This document shows, one piece after another, positions 26,834 to 42,384 of a stretch of DNA of 64,000 nucleotides. The stretch lies in assembly GCF_009914755.1 (NCBI RefSeq), contig NC_060940.1. One strand, 5' to 3'. Numbering within the stretch: position 1 is the stretch's first letter; the number at the start of each line of letters is the position of its first letter. This DNA is from the human T2T-CHM13v2.0 reference genome, Homo sapiens. The translations under genes and the position numbers were made by a program. Below the pieces are notes generated by a model. That model worked only from the letters and a program-made list of their open reading frames with translations. It had not been told where the DNA came from and made no database searches.

Positions 26834-27797
26834 TTATCTCTATGCTGGCTGGTAGCCATTGACAGCCAGGGTAGTATTTTCTCAACTAAATATGAACTGG
26901 CACATACTCATTATTGTTCAGTGTTCAGGCATTTATGAGCAAAAGGAAATGGAAAATATCAATGGAAAATTCATTCAAAGTATTGAGGGCCTATTGGACC
27001 ACTCTGTATATAACTCTGCTGAGGGTATTTGTGTTTCCAAGATTCATTTTCTCTCCACACTGAACACTGCACATGCTTGCTATAGGGCTTTATTCTTTTC
27101 ATATTGCATAGAACATACTGATTAAGGTTAATAATTCTCATGATGCTGATTTCATTTATTTAAAACTAGTCAAAACTTTGGCCAATGTACGTACTCTCTG
27201 TGTCTTTCACTGTCTTGGTCTATGTTTATAAAATGAAAATAATAATATTGTCTATTTCATAGTTTAGTGGTAAAAGCTGATAGAAATAGCCATATTTTTA
27301 TCTCAGTGATTCACACATAGTAAGCATTAAATATATTATTGTTGGTTACCATGATTATTGTTACTGTCAATATTATTTATTATCATTGCTTACACGTCCT
27401 TTCTTCAGACATTTGTTAGGCTTAATCTTTATTTCATGATCTGTAAAAACTTGTTAGTTTTTTTGTCTTCACTTATCTCTTTTAATCTAGAATCTATTAT
27501 TTCAATTATGGTACATAACTCAAATGTTTACTAACTTCCATTTCCTATGTGTTCTGGTTTTAGGTAAAATCACTCTAATAGTTTGTCCCAGTACTGCTGG
27601 AATGATAATAACATCTTTGTGCTAGTGATGGATAAAAACTTAGGGAACATATCTTACTTTCTGATTTAAAAAATTTTTTAAAACAAAATATCTACTACAA
27701 TATGTCCTATTCATATGAGCCTTATTATTCTACTGTGGTTTTTGCATCTTCAAAATTGCTTGAAAAATTAAAAAAAAATATGTGATTATTAACACAA

Positions 27798-28081
27798 TTA
27801 TTTATTTTTTTTTTTTTTTTGAGACAGAGTTTCGCTCTTGTTGCCCAGGGTGGAGTTCAATGGTGTGATCTCGGCTCATTGCAACCTCCGCCTCCCACAT
27901 TCAACGATTCTCCTGCCTCAGCCTCCTGAGTAGCTGGGACTGCAGGCATGCAGGCAAAAGCATACCCAGCTAATTTTTGTATTTTTAGTGGAGATGGGGT
28001 TTCACCATATTGGCCAGGCCGGTCTCAAACTCCTGACCTCGTGATCCGCCTGCCTCAGGCATGAGCCACCGCACCCAGGCC
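27798..28081 (-). mobile_element. AluS with a ~24-nt left-monomer deletion
   Basis: Reverse Alu; gcctc-aggcatgag lacks the usual cccaaagtgctgggattac block. Confidence 0.94.
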
Positions 28082-28527
28082 TGATTTTTTTTTTTTTAAT
28101 AGTGTGTTCAAAGGAGAACTTCTCAGTGAGTTAGAATTGTGTTTCAGCTCTTGCTTTGCCAGCAAGTAGCTTTCCTATCCTGGAAAATGTTACTTCATTT
28201 CACTGAATCTTAGTTTGCTTATTTGTAAAGTTTATAGCGGGTAATTCTAATATAGGTCTAATATAATTTTAAATAGACTGCGAGTAAAATTTAGAAATGT
28301 TAAACATAGACTGGACCCTGTAGGAGCTTGATCCAAGACAAAAAGTAATAGAGAAATGATGAAAGCATTTAAGAATTAACAAAGGTATTGCCAATGTAAT
28401 TTGTAGTAGAACTGGTTTACAAAAGATATATATTATGGAATGCGATATTTTGGAGTTTAAATAATCTGAGTATCAACTCCAGGCTGGCCCTGACTTCTCC
28501 TTCATAATTTATATCTGTTATCAGATT

Positions 28528-28821
28528 CAGTCGACTTTCCCTATTTGCAGGTTCTACATCCACAAGTTCAATGAGCACAGATAGTATATACTCAGAAAAA
28601 AAAAAATAAGACAAATAAAAAACACATAATAACAGCTATTTGTATTTTAAATGCTATTAAACGTTAATAGTCTTTATATTGTATTAGGTATTATAAATAA
28701 TCTAGGATAATTAAAGTACATGGGAGGATATATGTAAGTTACATGCAAATAATACATAATTTTATATAAGAGACTTGAGCATCTGTGAGTTTTGGTATCT
28801 GTGGGGGTCCTGAATATTCCC
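28528..28821 (-). mobile_element. MER2 (TcMar-Tigger) DNA transposon fossil
   Basis: attgtattaggtattataaataatctag...ttttatataagagacttgagcatctgtgagttttggtatctgtgggggtcctg matches reverse MER2. Confidence 0.85.
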
Positions 28822-29744
28822 TAATTGCCAAATCTTACAAATATATATTATCTCAAATTTAGAGATAATAATATTGAATTGACCCTCAGTTTAATTAATT
28901 GTGCAAGCCACTAATTTTTAGTGTTAAATTTTAAGTACTAATCTTTCTGACTTTGAAAATCCACATTTTTTTCATTTTTGCTGCAGTCTTGTAAGTGATG
29001 AATCAATATGAGAAGCAGTATGAAAAATCTCACTACTATACCAAGTTACGAAGGCAAAGAGAAAGAAAATAATTGAAGTTTATATTTTTTCGAGTAAAAT
29101 ATTTCTGACATAGGTGTGTAAGAAAATATGTGACTCAGTAGTCATCATGCAAAAAAAAAAATCCCATCTTTAATATATTCTCCCTTAACATATCTATCCT
29201 GAGAAATAGCCCTCATCTTAAAAAAAAAAAAAAAAAAAGGTGGGGGTGGCTGGCATGCTGAGCAGTTCTACCTAAGGAAGCAAATAATCAGCACTCCGAG
29301 ATTTTTGGAGAAAACAACTCAATTTGCATTAAGTCGTAACAATGTCACACTTAAAGTTTGATACACGGGGCATATAGAATTTTTTAATGGAAGTTAGAAA
29401 AAGATGGTCTAGAAAGGAAACTTAAAAAGAGTATATTAGCAAAGACTTTTTCATCCTCTTCAGTAAGAATTTTGTAGTAGAGCTGATTATAATAGCTCTA
29501 CATATATTATATTTATTTACAATAAAATGTACTTAAGTTTCATTGGTGGACATATGATTCAGGTATCTTCACTTGATAATTATAAGGTATAAATAAAATT
29601 TGAAGATAAAGAATGTTCTGCTCATTGTGAGATATTTCTAGGCACCTGGGCTAGTTGTGTCCAGACTAATTTGCTCTCAAAATGTTAGCTAATGATAAGA
29701 ATGGGTAAAACTTGACGTAGGGTTATACCTATATATAGAACATG

Positions 29745-30265
29745 TGTTACAGGCAGAATATTGTTTCCCCAAGGATAACCATGTCCTAATGTCCAGAACC
29801 TATAAATATGCTATAACAAAAGAGAACTTTCCAGTTAGATTAAGAGTACAGATCTGCAGATGGGGAGATTACCCTAATAACATGAGTTTTTAAAAGGGAA
29901 AAATGATGGAAGAAGAATGTGACATGAAAAAGACTGGACTTGCTATTGGTCACTTTGAAAATGGAGGAAGGGCTATTAGCCAAGGAGAGCAGTGAATGGC
30001 CCTTCATCTTACAAGCAGCAGGAAAACCCTGGACCCCTTTCCCACCACCCCTTCGGAACTGAATTATGCCAACAGCTCCATGAGCCAGCAACAGATGCTC
30101 CTCTATGGCCTCCAGAATGGAATGCAGCTTGCTGACAGGTTGATTGTATTGCAATGAGGTATGTATCAGACCTCAGACTTTCAGAAATGTAAGATAATAA
30201 ATGTGTGTTGATTTCAGCCAGTAAATTTGGGGTAATTTCTTATGTGGCAATAGAAAACTAATACA
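29745..30265 (+). mobile_element. MLT1 (D/E-like) MaLR solo LTR
   Basis: tgttacaggcagaata ... taagataataaatgtgtgttg ... gcaatagaaaactaataca; TSD acatg/gcatg. Confidence 0.88.
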
Positions 30266-31477
30266 GCATGTTATATATTTCATTTGTCTTGCAGGATAGT
30301 CCTTACACAGTGTTTTCTGAATACCCAATGATAGAGAATTTTAATAAATTTCCACATAAAAGTAAAAGCATAGACATGAAATACTGTTTTCAGACATATA
30401 AATTATTCAAACTGATAGGGTTTGAAGTATTGAATTGGGATAGAGCTTTCACTCTTAATTTTGGTTTTCCTTGCAGCCTATGGGTCAATTATGAGAACAA
30501 TAAACAATATTTTCAGGTCAAGAAACAGAACTACAACAAAAGTTAATTATATTGAAATACAAATTACTGAAGTATTTTTATAATGATATAGAATTATAAG
30601 TGCTTCCCCATTAATACATTAAATAAAATATACTGGTAGGTTTCTTATTATTATTATTTTCTTCATTATTGTTAGTTTATTATTATAAGTAATATTTCAA
30701 TGTATTTAAAACAGTATAATAAGATTGAAACATATTTGCAGTGGCCAGGAATGGCAAACTGTATTAATAATGATTCTATGATTTGTTTCCTACATGAAGC
30801 ATAAAAAATATTAAATTAGGTGCACGATTTCCCCCTTTTGAAGTCAGAGTCCCTAGCACATACTCATGGATAAGAATTCCTCCTCTATGTCAACAGACTT
30901 ATTAGGTTCCAAGTTTACTGGTGAAAAGCGACCTGTTCAAGAGAAGTCAAAGAACAGTGTATTCTAAAGACTATCAGCAATTTACCTCTAAGTGATAGTG
31001 AACCAGATAACATGCCTATGAACAACGGGAATGCTAATTTTCCTCAACTCTTACAGAAACAGTAGATTCTTCTGTGATATCGATAGATTAAGCAAAATGA
31101 CACCTTATTTTGCTTCTTGTTGTCATTGCTAAATTGCATTTTGAAAACATTAATGATCTTTTTTTAAACATCTCATTTTAATCAAATAAATAAGTGTCCT
31201 AAAATTGACAACGGAACAAATAAAGTTGCTGTCTACTATGACACATACAATAATTGCATTCAAGATGCTTACAAATTTAAGGGAAATGAAGCATGATAAA
31301 GAAGTAACTGATAATGGAGCAGGTAAGCAATGAGTATATTGGATTTGGTGTGTGGGGGATGAGGAGTCGAGTAGACAGAGGAAGCCAGTAAGAATCAGGG
31401 TTGCTTAGGTGAGATTAGGGACTTCAGAGAAGAGGCAATGGCCGAGCTGGTTTCTGAAAACTACATGCTTTCTAGAT

Positions 31478-31688
31478 CAAGGATTTTCATTTTCACACTA
31501 CAAACATTTTGGACTGAGTAAGCATTTGTCCTGGTCGACTCTGCTGGCCATTGTGAAATATTTAGCAATATCTCTGGCCTCTATCTATAAGGTGCCAGTA
31601 AGAACAGAAGTTATGACACATAAAATATCTTCAGGTATTTCCCAATGACCCTGGGGCACAAAATCACCCACTGGTTGAAAACCAGAGC
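31478..31688 (+). mobile_element. MER20 (hAT-Charlie)
   Basis: acattttggactgagtaa...gcaatatctctggcctctatctataaggtgccag...ctggggcacaaaatcacccactggttgaaaacca. Confidence 0.75.
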
Positions 31689-31696
31689 TCTGAGAC

Positions 31697-31860
31697 CATG
31701 CTACTCAAAGTGTATTACAGGTCTCAGCAGTATTCCCATCACCTAGAAGACTGTTAGAAATACACAGCTTCAGGTTCCACTCCAGAATTACTAACTTCAA
31801 ATCTGCCTTTTAACAAGACCCCCTCGCCTATTTTGCATACACAGATTTTGAGAAGCATCT
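31697..31860. mobile_element. MER5A-like (hAT-Charlie)
   Basis: tgctactcaaagtg...catcacctagaagactgttagaaat...atctgccttttaacaagacccc...tttgagaagca. Confidence 0.75.
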
Positions 31861-33744
31861 AGGCAGTTGAAGCACCTGGGAAATGGGAACAACACAAACA
31901 TTAAGAAGGAATAATATAGAGAACTTCAAGTGGTCAGAGGGCAGAGTAGGAATAAAACGCAAGACTGGAGAATCAAGCAAAAGCCAGAAGATAACACCTT
32001 TACAAGCTCATAAAGCATCAAGATGTTCTCTGGGCAAAGGACTTCAGTGAAGATTATTGATTAGAGAAGGAATGAAATATGATCAGATTTGCTTTAAAAT
32101 AATTTTATGTTTGTGCAATTTAATTGTCACTCTAATTGAATGATTAAAGTAAGAAATGGGTGATTAGTTTGTGAATTTATTTAATATCACCCTCCGTATG
32201 AGCAACTGGCCATTTTCTGGTTAATTTGAAAATATGACCTGTCCCTCAAATCAAAGAGAGACCGTAAGTCTATAAGCAATTGTCAGGCAAAAATGTATAG
32301 CATTCGATATTTCTTTAAGAAGAAAGTCATGTGTAATGGCTGGAGAGGCATCAAGTTAAGATTAAATCTTTATATCATATTTAGATAGATTTCCTGCTGT
32401 TCTAGAAATTAATTTGAATCAATCATGATCTTTCCACCCTTTGTCATCCTTTATTCCACAGCTGAATTAGTCCATAGCACAGCAGCCTTACAAACTTGGA
32501 GGTCTGATTTTTTTCAGTTTGGCCTGGGGATAGGAAGTCAAAAGCTGGCAAGAGACAAATGCTTTGCAGAAGTGACAAATTTAGTTTCCTGGAGAAAGTT
32601 GCTGACTGCAATGTTCCAATTGGAACAGCTTATCTGCTCCTCCAGATGTTGAAATAATGACAGATGGTCACAGAAGCCTTGACAAGAGGAAGAAAAGAGC
32701 CCACTCAAGAGTACAACCTGTTTGTATGGAGAAAAATACCAGTAACACTTCTCGAGATCCCCATTCTGATGAGGCGTATATACATCTTTACAGCCGAAAC
32801 ATGGTATGACTGTATGCAAATTCACTGTAGGAAATTAGAGGATTTTGTGCTGTTGGAGACACAGACAAAACAGAATTATGACTCTTTTTTTCACAGGGTT
32901 TATAAATCATGAGGTCACTTTATTAAATATGAAATTACATCTGTGTACTTGAGCTGAATGACAGGACACTGGTTTATAATGACTAAAGATGTATGATTGC
33001 ATTTTCCACACTCGTGGCAGAGAGATGAGTATTCCATTGTGTGTGACATTTCCAGCAATTCATATTGAAGATGTGTTTTAAAATCATTAACTTATTACTA
33101 TCTAAATAAGGAATATAAATTAATACTTACCAAGCAAGTAAAAATAGCAAATCTTTAAGCAACTTGAAATTTTGTACGGTAGCACAAAAACTCACAAGAT
33201 ATTGATCCTGGCTGTACTAAAGAGTGACTAGGTGATATATTAAAGAGTGCATAATAATGAGTGATTAAGGGTCATTTAAATTATTTTACATGCAGATAAT
33301 TATATTGTGTTTGAAATGTCAAAGACAACTTACCTGATGTATGTGTATGTAGGAAAAACAAAAAGCAAAACTGTGGTATTTTGTGTATCTGTGTCTTTTT
33401 CTGTCTTTTTGCATCTTTGTTTTTTTTCTCTCTCTCTCTCTCTGATTTTCTTTAAAAGAGGTCATTAATTCTCCTGTGAGAGAAACTTTTCTTTACCAGA
33501 GGAAAACTACGCAATTGTAAAATATAGTTTGCAAGATGAAAGAAATGTTTCTCCAAACACTTCACCTTCTCTAAGAGATTTCTTTGCATCTTACCTGGAC
33601 TGCTGAAGAAGCATTTTCACAGTATCCTTTGCAATAACTTCCCTTGCATAGCTGAAAAGCACTTATTATGAAATTATTTCTGCATTCAGTTGAAATCTAA
33701 TTCTTGTCTGTGCACTCTGAACCATACTCCTCAAGTAAATCACT

Positions 33745-34645
33745 CTATGACAAAGGACTAGTATCTAGAATCTATAATACAAGAAACTCAAACAAAACAG
33801 CAAATAATACCACCCGTAAGTGGGCAAAGGACATGGATATTTTTCAAAAGACGATATCCAAATGGCCAAAACAAATGAAAACATGCTCAACATCACTAAT
33901 CATCAGGGAAACGCAAATTAAAACCACCATGAGGTGCCACCTTACTCCTGCAAGAAAGGCCATTATTAAATTTTGAAAAACAATAGATGTTAGTTAGTGT
34001 GGATGTGGGGAAAAGGAAACACTCATATACTGCTGGTGGAAATGTAAATTAGTACAATCTCTATGGAAAAGAGTATGGAGGTTCATTTAATAGGTATAAG
34101 TAGATATACCATTCAATCCAGCAATCCCACTACCCAAAGGAAAGTAAGTCATTATATAGACACTTGCACACATATGTTAAAAAGGGCAGAATTCACAATT
34201 GCAAATATGTGGACCCAATCTAGGTACCCACTGACTAATGAGTGGATAAAGAAAATATGGTATGTATACACCATGAAATACTACTCAGCCATTAAAAAAA
34301 ATGAAATAAAGTCTCTTGCAGCAACTTGGGTGGAGCTGGAGGCCATTATTCTAAGTCGACTAACACAGGAGTAGAAAACCAAAAACCGCATGTTCTCACT
34401 CATAAAGAGGAGCTAAGCTATGAGTAAGCAAAGTGACATAATAAACCTTAAAGACTCAGAAGATAGAGGGTGGGAAAGGGGCTAAGGATAGAAAATTACA
34501 CATTAGGTGCAATGTAATCTACTCAGGTTATGAATGCACTAAAATGTCAGTATTCACTACTATATAATTCATCCATACAACAAAAAGACCACCTGTACAC
34601 CAAAAGCTATTGAAATAAACATTTAAAAAAAAACATTAAAAAAAA
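33745..34645 (+). mobile_element. L1PB3/4-like 3' fragment
   Basis: ORFs 33704 and 34063 give L1 ORF2 C-terminal peptides ([10 protein letters not shown]; EWIKKIWYVYTMKYYSAIKKNE); 3'UTR ending aaaagctattgaaataaa and an A tail. Confidence 0.92.
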
Positions 34646-35929
34646 GCTGATACCCCTGACCCAGAAAAATATAACAAAGTTTCTTCCCCCGTAATGATTC
34701 ATTTGAGGTAATGTGTAATCTTTCCAGTTTGTAATGACATTTTAAGCATTAACTCTAAGTAGAGAGGACAGTGTGCTCTTAGGTAATTACTAAACACCCA
34801 ACAGTTATAAAATTCATGTATCTGCATTTAGATAACAGGGATATCTCTTATAAATCTAGCTTATTGTGTCACATCTTACACACTATTTGCCTTCCCTTCT
34901 TTCTCTATGACACCAGGGACATACATAGTTTGACCAAAATCCTTCTAGCTGTATTTCGGATCTGCATCTTCCAACCCCACAACCTTATCTACTCTACATC
35001 CACAAAACTGTATTTATGTGATGAACATTTTCTTAAGTCCTATTATGCTTTGGGCCTGAGCTAGCTGATTAAAAGATGATTCAGATGTAATTATTGTACA
35101 CCAGGGATAGACAGATGCAAAGGAGTCTTTGTCAAAACCTCTATGTCTTTGTAATTCCCTGTTAAGATAAATTTATAGCCATGGGAGTTATTTATATATA
35201 AGGAAATGATGGCTGAGAGAAGTTAAGATACTGACACTAAGGGGTGCAACCAAGACTCAAACACACTCTATGAATAAATCAGAAAGTTGTAAGCCAGCTG
35301 GATCTTTAGGTGTACCAAAGAGGGGACATGAGGAACTCAGGAAGACAGAAGCATGCCAGAGTGGACAGAGAACAGGCTGTTCACACAGAGCCTTCCATAG
35401 CTTCCTACTGGTGTATTGGAATGTGACACACCTCTCAGTCTACTCTAAATAGAGTCTAAACAATCCACCAAGGACAGCGTATGTTTACATTACACATGTT
35501 TACACACAGCCCTGCTTTGAATGATTAACAAAAATAAGCTAGAAACCCAGAACTTCTATGAGCATGTAGCAAAGCCACAGATATAATTCTTTCTGAAATT
35601 TTTAATTTGGCATTTCAGAAAAATCCAGACATTTGAGTCTTCTGAAGATCCTCATGTAGTGAGTAACAGATAAACAAAATTATTCAGTTTTTTTTTCTGT
35701 TGAGCAAACCAAAGAATATGCTTGTGCATTCTCTTTGCTGCTAATTATTTACATCATTGGAGAGAAGATAATATATGAGTTATACAAGCTGATGATACAT
35801 TTAAAATGATAGTGTCCTTAGGAATATTTTTATTGAAAACTCTATATTCCAAATCTGGTCAGTGAAGAAATCACATTGCCAATCATTACATAGGCCATTA
35901 TACCTGTTTTAATACATTGCATATTCTTT

Positions 35930-36244
35930 TTCTTTTCTTTTTTTTTTTTTTTTTTTTTTTTTTGAGACGAAGTCTCGCTCTGTCACCTAGGCTGGAGTGC
36001 TGTGGTGTGATCTTGGCTTACTGCAACCTCTGCCTCCTGGGTTCAAGCGATTCTCCCTGCCTCAGCCTCCCGAGTCGCTGGGACTACAGGTGCGTGACAC
36101 CACACCTGGCTAATTTCTGTATTTTTAGTAGAGATGGGGTTTCACCATATTGGCCAAGGCTGGTCTCGAACTCCTGACCTCGTAATCTGCCTACCTTGGC
36201 CTGCCAAAGTGCTAGATTACAGGCATGAGCTACTGTGCCCAGCC
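35930..36244 (-). mobile_element. AluS
   Basis: TSD attgcatattcttt at 35916-35929 and 36247-36260. Confidence 0.96.
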
Positions 36245-36339
36245 TTATTGCATATTCTTTGGCAAAAATACATGTTTTACATTTCATACCTTTTGAATAA
36301 ACAAATACTCAAATCCATTTAACAATGATTAAGTTCTTC

Positions 36340-37590
<1,251 letters not shown>

Positions 37591-38404
37591 TTTATAGGAT
37601 ATTATACTTTAGGAAGCATGATAATAAGCTTTTTCCCGAGCTTTTGTATGTTGCCCAAAGAAAGTATAATCTAGTATCAATGTAATAAACAAAATCTGAA
37701 AACTTTACTTATCACTGCTACTCACAAACTGTGAGACTTTAGAAAAGTTAAACTTGGTGAGTTTCTTTATTTACAAAGCAAAGAATTTGGGTAGAAATGT
37801 ATTTGTAGCCAAACAGCTCTGTGTGTCGGTTATAACCCTAGGCCTTGGTGAGCTCCTTGGCATTGGAATGCTTATAGGCTAGATGTGGAAGAAACATAAA
37901 TAAATAGATAAATAATTCTGAAATAGTTACCAAAGTAAATGTGCTTACTTTTCCAAAGAAATTGATATTAGGGGGCTGTTGCTTTCTGTGGATGGCAGTT
38001 TACAATAAAAGCCTGCATAATGGGGAGTACCAAGCTTCCTGGCTTAGCAAAGTGACAGTTGCACTACAACAAAATATCATGTTCAATATTGTGATGTCTC
38101 TCCCCGGTAAGCAAAGCCAGCTAGGATGAAGTCAGGGTGGTTGTCTAGCGTCCAGTGCCTGAGGACAGTTTCATATCCAGAGAAGAAAAATAAGAGCCGC
38201 AGACGTGCTGTGGGAATTTGATGTAGTTACATTGCCTCTCTTAATCTCAGTTACCTCACCTTTAAATTCAAAGGGTTGGTGTGGTTGGATATTATTTGGC
38301 AAAAGAAAGGTAAACAACAACAACAAAAAAACCAGAATGACTTGCACATGAGCCTAATTTGTTATACCAAGTGACAGAAGCCACACTCAAATGACGAAGC
38401 ATTG

Positions 38405-38700
38405 AAAGATTCCGTTATCGAAAATATCCAGAATAGGCACATCCATAGAGAGAGAAGGTAGATTAGTGGTTATCGGGGCTGGGTGTGGAAACAAAGATTG
38501 TCAGCAAATACACACATGGAATCTCTGGGGTTGATTGAAAGGTTCTAAAACTTAACTAGGGTGATGATTGTAGAACTCTTTATATTTACTAAAAATTATT
38601 GAATGAGACAAATAAAACTGTGGATTTTATGACATGTCAATTCAAATTCAACAAAACTGATAGAAAAAATATATTAAAAAATATATATTAAAAAAAAAAA
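38405..38700 (+). mobile_element. Old L1M (L1MB7/8-like) 3' end
   Basis: tccagaataggcacatccatagagagagaaggtagattagtggtt...gttctaaaactt...atttactaaaaattattgaat. Confidence 0.75.
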
Positions 38701-39405
38701 CCCTTGAACATGTAGGGATAAACTCTCAAAGGCTTTTCTCAGGTCACAGGTATTCTGATTCTGTGATCTCAAGTATGATTTTTGTAAATTTTATTTTCTG
38801 TATTTTCTTTAACTTTTCAATTAAATTTATATATTCTTTTTCTAAGGGCCTGGCCCCCACAAAGATGTTTATATTGCTTTTCTGTTGAAAGATGTGCCAA
38901 ACCTTTACGCACTTTATATTGCTTTCATATCCAGCTCTAAAGAAGCTCTCAATAGTCATCACACTATATGCCACACAGTTCATTCTGAAGTTTGGCCAAA
39001 GAAGCATTGTTGTTAGATATACAGAATTTAACTCGAACCAATCATTTCCAATGCTCTACGTAACACAACTCTTGAAATTTTGGCAGATTTACCCTTCTAA
39101 AATGACTTATATGCATCTACACCTTTTAAGAAACCTGGGATAATTTAACCATTCCTACTTTGCTATTCTAAACAGAAAGGATTCTGCTCTATTTCACAAT
39201 AATCAGCTTCCTCTAGGGAACAAACAGTGAGAAACATGAATTATTAGTGTCCTTAGCAGAAGTTATTTTGCCTGTTAAAAATAAACATATGCATCTTAGT
39301 TAACATCATCCTCTTATTCAGATTATTAACACTTCTTGTCAGATCAGCCATAAAGGAAAAAAAATATGTAAAAAGCTAATGGGTGGATTTTACAGTAAAC
39401 TGCAT

Positions 39406-39407
<2 letters not shown>

Positions 39408-39437
<30 letters not shown>
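39408..39437 (+). repeat. (CA)15 microsatellite
   Basis: Direct read. Confidence 0.97.
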
Positions 39438-39440
<3 letters not shown>

Positions 39441-39787
39441 GTTTGTCCCCCAAATGTGCCTTTCATTTATTCAATAATGTTGAAATCCCATGTATCTGTA
39501 GTAAGTCATAAGATATAAAAATGAACATAACCTTGGCGGAATATATATTGACTTCAGGTTTCTTCCTTTCTCCCTCTTTTCTTTCGTTGCTTCCTTCATT
39601 CTTTCTGTATGTAAAGAACTGTAAACTCCGTGAGGTGAGGGATGGGGTAGGATCTTACTTTCCATCATTTTCCCAGCAGTTATCCACAAGCCTTGCTCAA
39701 AAGATATTATGAGTGAATGAGTGAGAGAGTGAGCAGTTTACCCTAACCTGTTCACAGTAATGGATTCCAAGAAATAAAACTGTGTCT

Positions 39788-40063
<276 letters not shown>

Positions 40064-41044
40064 AAAACTGTGTCTACGTTACATCTGGTCTCTGTTATTA
40101 CATGTCATAGTGAGGGAGACAAATATTAAACAAATAATTATGCAGGTGAAGATCGCAAAAGAGAGTAAATAAAACAGGTGTCTACTCTCCTCAGTTACTG
40201 TTTATAGTTTATACCAGTGATTCTCATTCGGAGTATTAGAAACTTATTAGAAACTGTGAGGAATTTATAAGAAAAATACCAAGGACTTACATGTGGGTAA
40301 ATTCAAAATCACTAGAAAGCTGTCTAGGGCATTGGTATACATTTTAAAGTATATTTTCAGATAATTATAATAGGCAGAAAATCTGATTTATAAATTGATG
40401 ATAATGTAGTCTGGACATGGGTGCAGACATCTCTGCTCTCCTACAAACTCAGATAGGCTGCTAACCTGCTGGTTTACTCTACACAGGTAGGAACCTGACT
40501 CTTTGCATGCCAAACTTCCCTGCCCCCTCCTACAGACCTTTCACGTGGTCCTCAATATAAAGCTTTAATGAACGAGCATATAACTTAGCAAATAATGCTA
40601 CCATCTGCCTAGTCTTCAAAGTTATAAAGAAATGTCTCTGATTTCTCTCTGTCTATATTGATTTGCATAATGCTTTTAATCCCACCATATTTATTTTTCA
40701 AGTCATTTTTCACAATCTCAATAGCTATGGTGAGACTCCATAATCTATGACCTAGTGATTGTATTGGTGTCCTAAATATTGTTTTTCCCCTCTATAATTT
40801 ATTCCACTTGCTCCTAGAACAAAGTTATCTTCCTACAATACATATCATGTTATTCTCTGAGAAAAACAGTGAGTAAAGAAAAATTCCTTCAGAATAGTCA
40901 ATTGTAAAAATTTTAGATTAAGATTTCAAAGACATTTTCTTACATAATTAGAACCTAACACGTGCTTTCAGTCTCTTCCTTCTCAACTTCCTTCTTCTCT
41001 GCCTGCCTCTGTCCTCTATGTCATTTGTCTTCATCAAATCTGTT

Positions 41045-41850
41045 TATTTTTAATTTATTTTAATATACCAAGTAAACATTGTATATTTTTATGGTGGACA
41101 ACATGATGTTTTATGTATTTACACATTGTGGAATGAGTAACTCAAGCTATGTAACATATGTATTACCTTACATAGTTTTTTTTTGTGGTGAAAATAGTTA
41201 AAATATACTCTTAGCAATTTTCAATCGTACAATATATTATTATTATTATTAACTATATTCACCATGATATACAATAGGTCTCTTGAACTTATTTTTCCTA
41301 ACTGAACTTTTATATACTTTGACAAACATTTCTCCACTCATCCCACCGCTCAGCCTCTAGTTATCACCAGTTCACTCTGTTTCTATGAGTTCTACTTTCT
41401 TAGATTCCATACAGAAGTGATACCATGTAAAATGTGTCTTTCTGTGCCTGGCTTACTTCATTTAAAGTAATGTCCTCCAGGTTCATCCATGTTATCACAA
41501 ATGACGGAATTTCATTCCTTGTTAAAGGTGAATAGCATCCCACCATGTATATATTCCACAATTTTTTTATCCATTCATTCACTGATGGACACTTAAGGTT
41601 GATTTCATTTCTTTGCTATAATGGATAATGCAAAAATGAACATGAGAGTGCAGACATCTCTTCAAGATAATAGATTTCATTTCCTTTGCATATATACACT
41701 CTGTAAGGAGACTGCTGGATTATATGGTAGTTCTGGTTTTAATTTTTCAAGGATATTACATATTGTTTTCCAGAATAAGAATGGCTATATTAATTTACAT
41801 TTCCTTCGATAGGGTACAAAGGTTTCCTTTCTTCTATGTCCTCACCAACA
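41045..41850 (-). mobile_element. L1MA-type 3' fragment
   Basis: ORF 41400..41582 on minus (MNEWIKKLWNIY...ITWMNLEDITLNEVSQAQKD) is the L1 ORF2 C-terminus; L1MA 3'UTR motifs adjacent. Confidence 0.9.
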
Positions 41851-42384
41851 TACCTCAATCAACATATCTGATTTTTAAACCTCCCTTGACTTGCATATGC
41901 TATGATTCTGACCTGAAATCCCTTTCTGCCCTATTTCACTGAAACACTTCATTACCTAGCCAGACACATGCCTATAATCCTTCAAGGAATGTAAACTAAT
42001 TTATAAACTCATACGGTTTTTCTGTTTCTTGGAGATTTTTAAAGCATGACGCTGGTTTTAGTAGAGGAAATCAGTCAGTTTCAGACCTTCCAATCCTAAT
42101 TATGTGACCAAAAGTAAAACTTATATTAAGAAATAAATTTCCTTTACACCTTATATCTTTTTCTTTGACATCACCAAGAGATTGAGTCATTGATTACTTA
42201 CAAGTGAGTATCATAAAAGTTATGGATATTGAAGATGGCTGCTTCTTACAAACCAAAATTCTGGAACAACATCACAAACATAGCTTACAAACAGTTATCT
42301 ATGCCATAGAATATGGTAATTTTTAAGTGTATATACAGTGTAATCTGTGGAAAAAGTTCATAGGTGTATATCTTGCAGTGGAAC

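Noticed and set aside
29220-29250. Orphan poly(A) as a retrocopy tail
   Set aside because: No TSD, poly(A) signal or recognisable body upstream.
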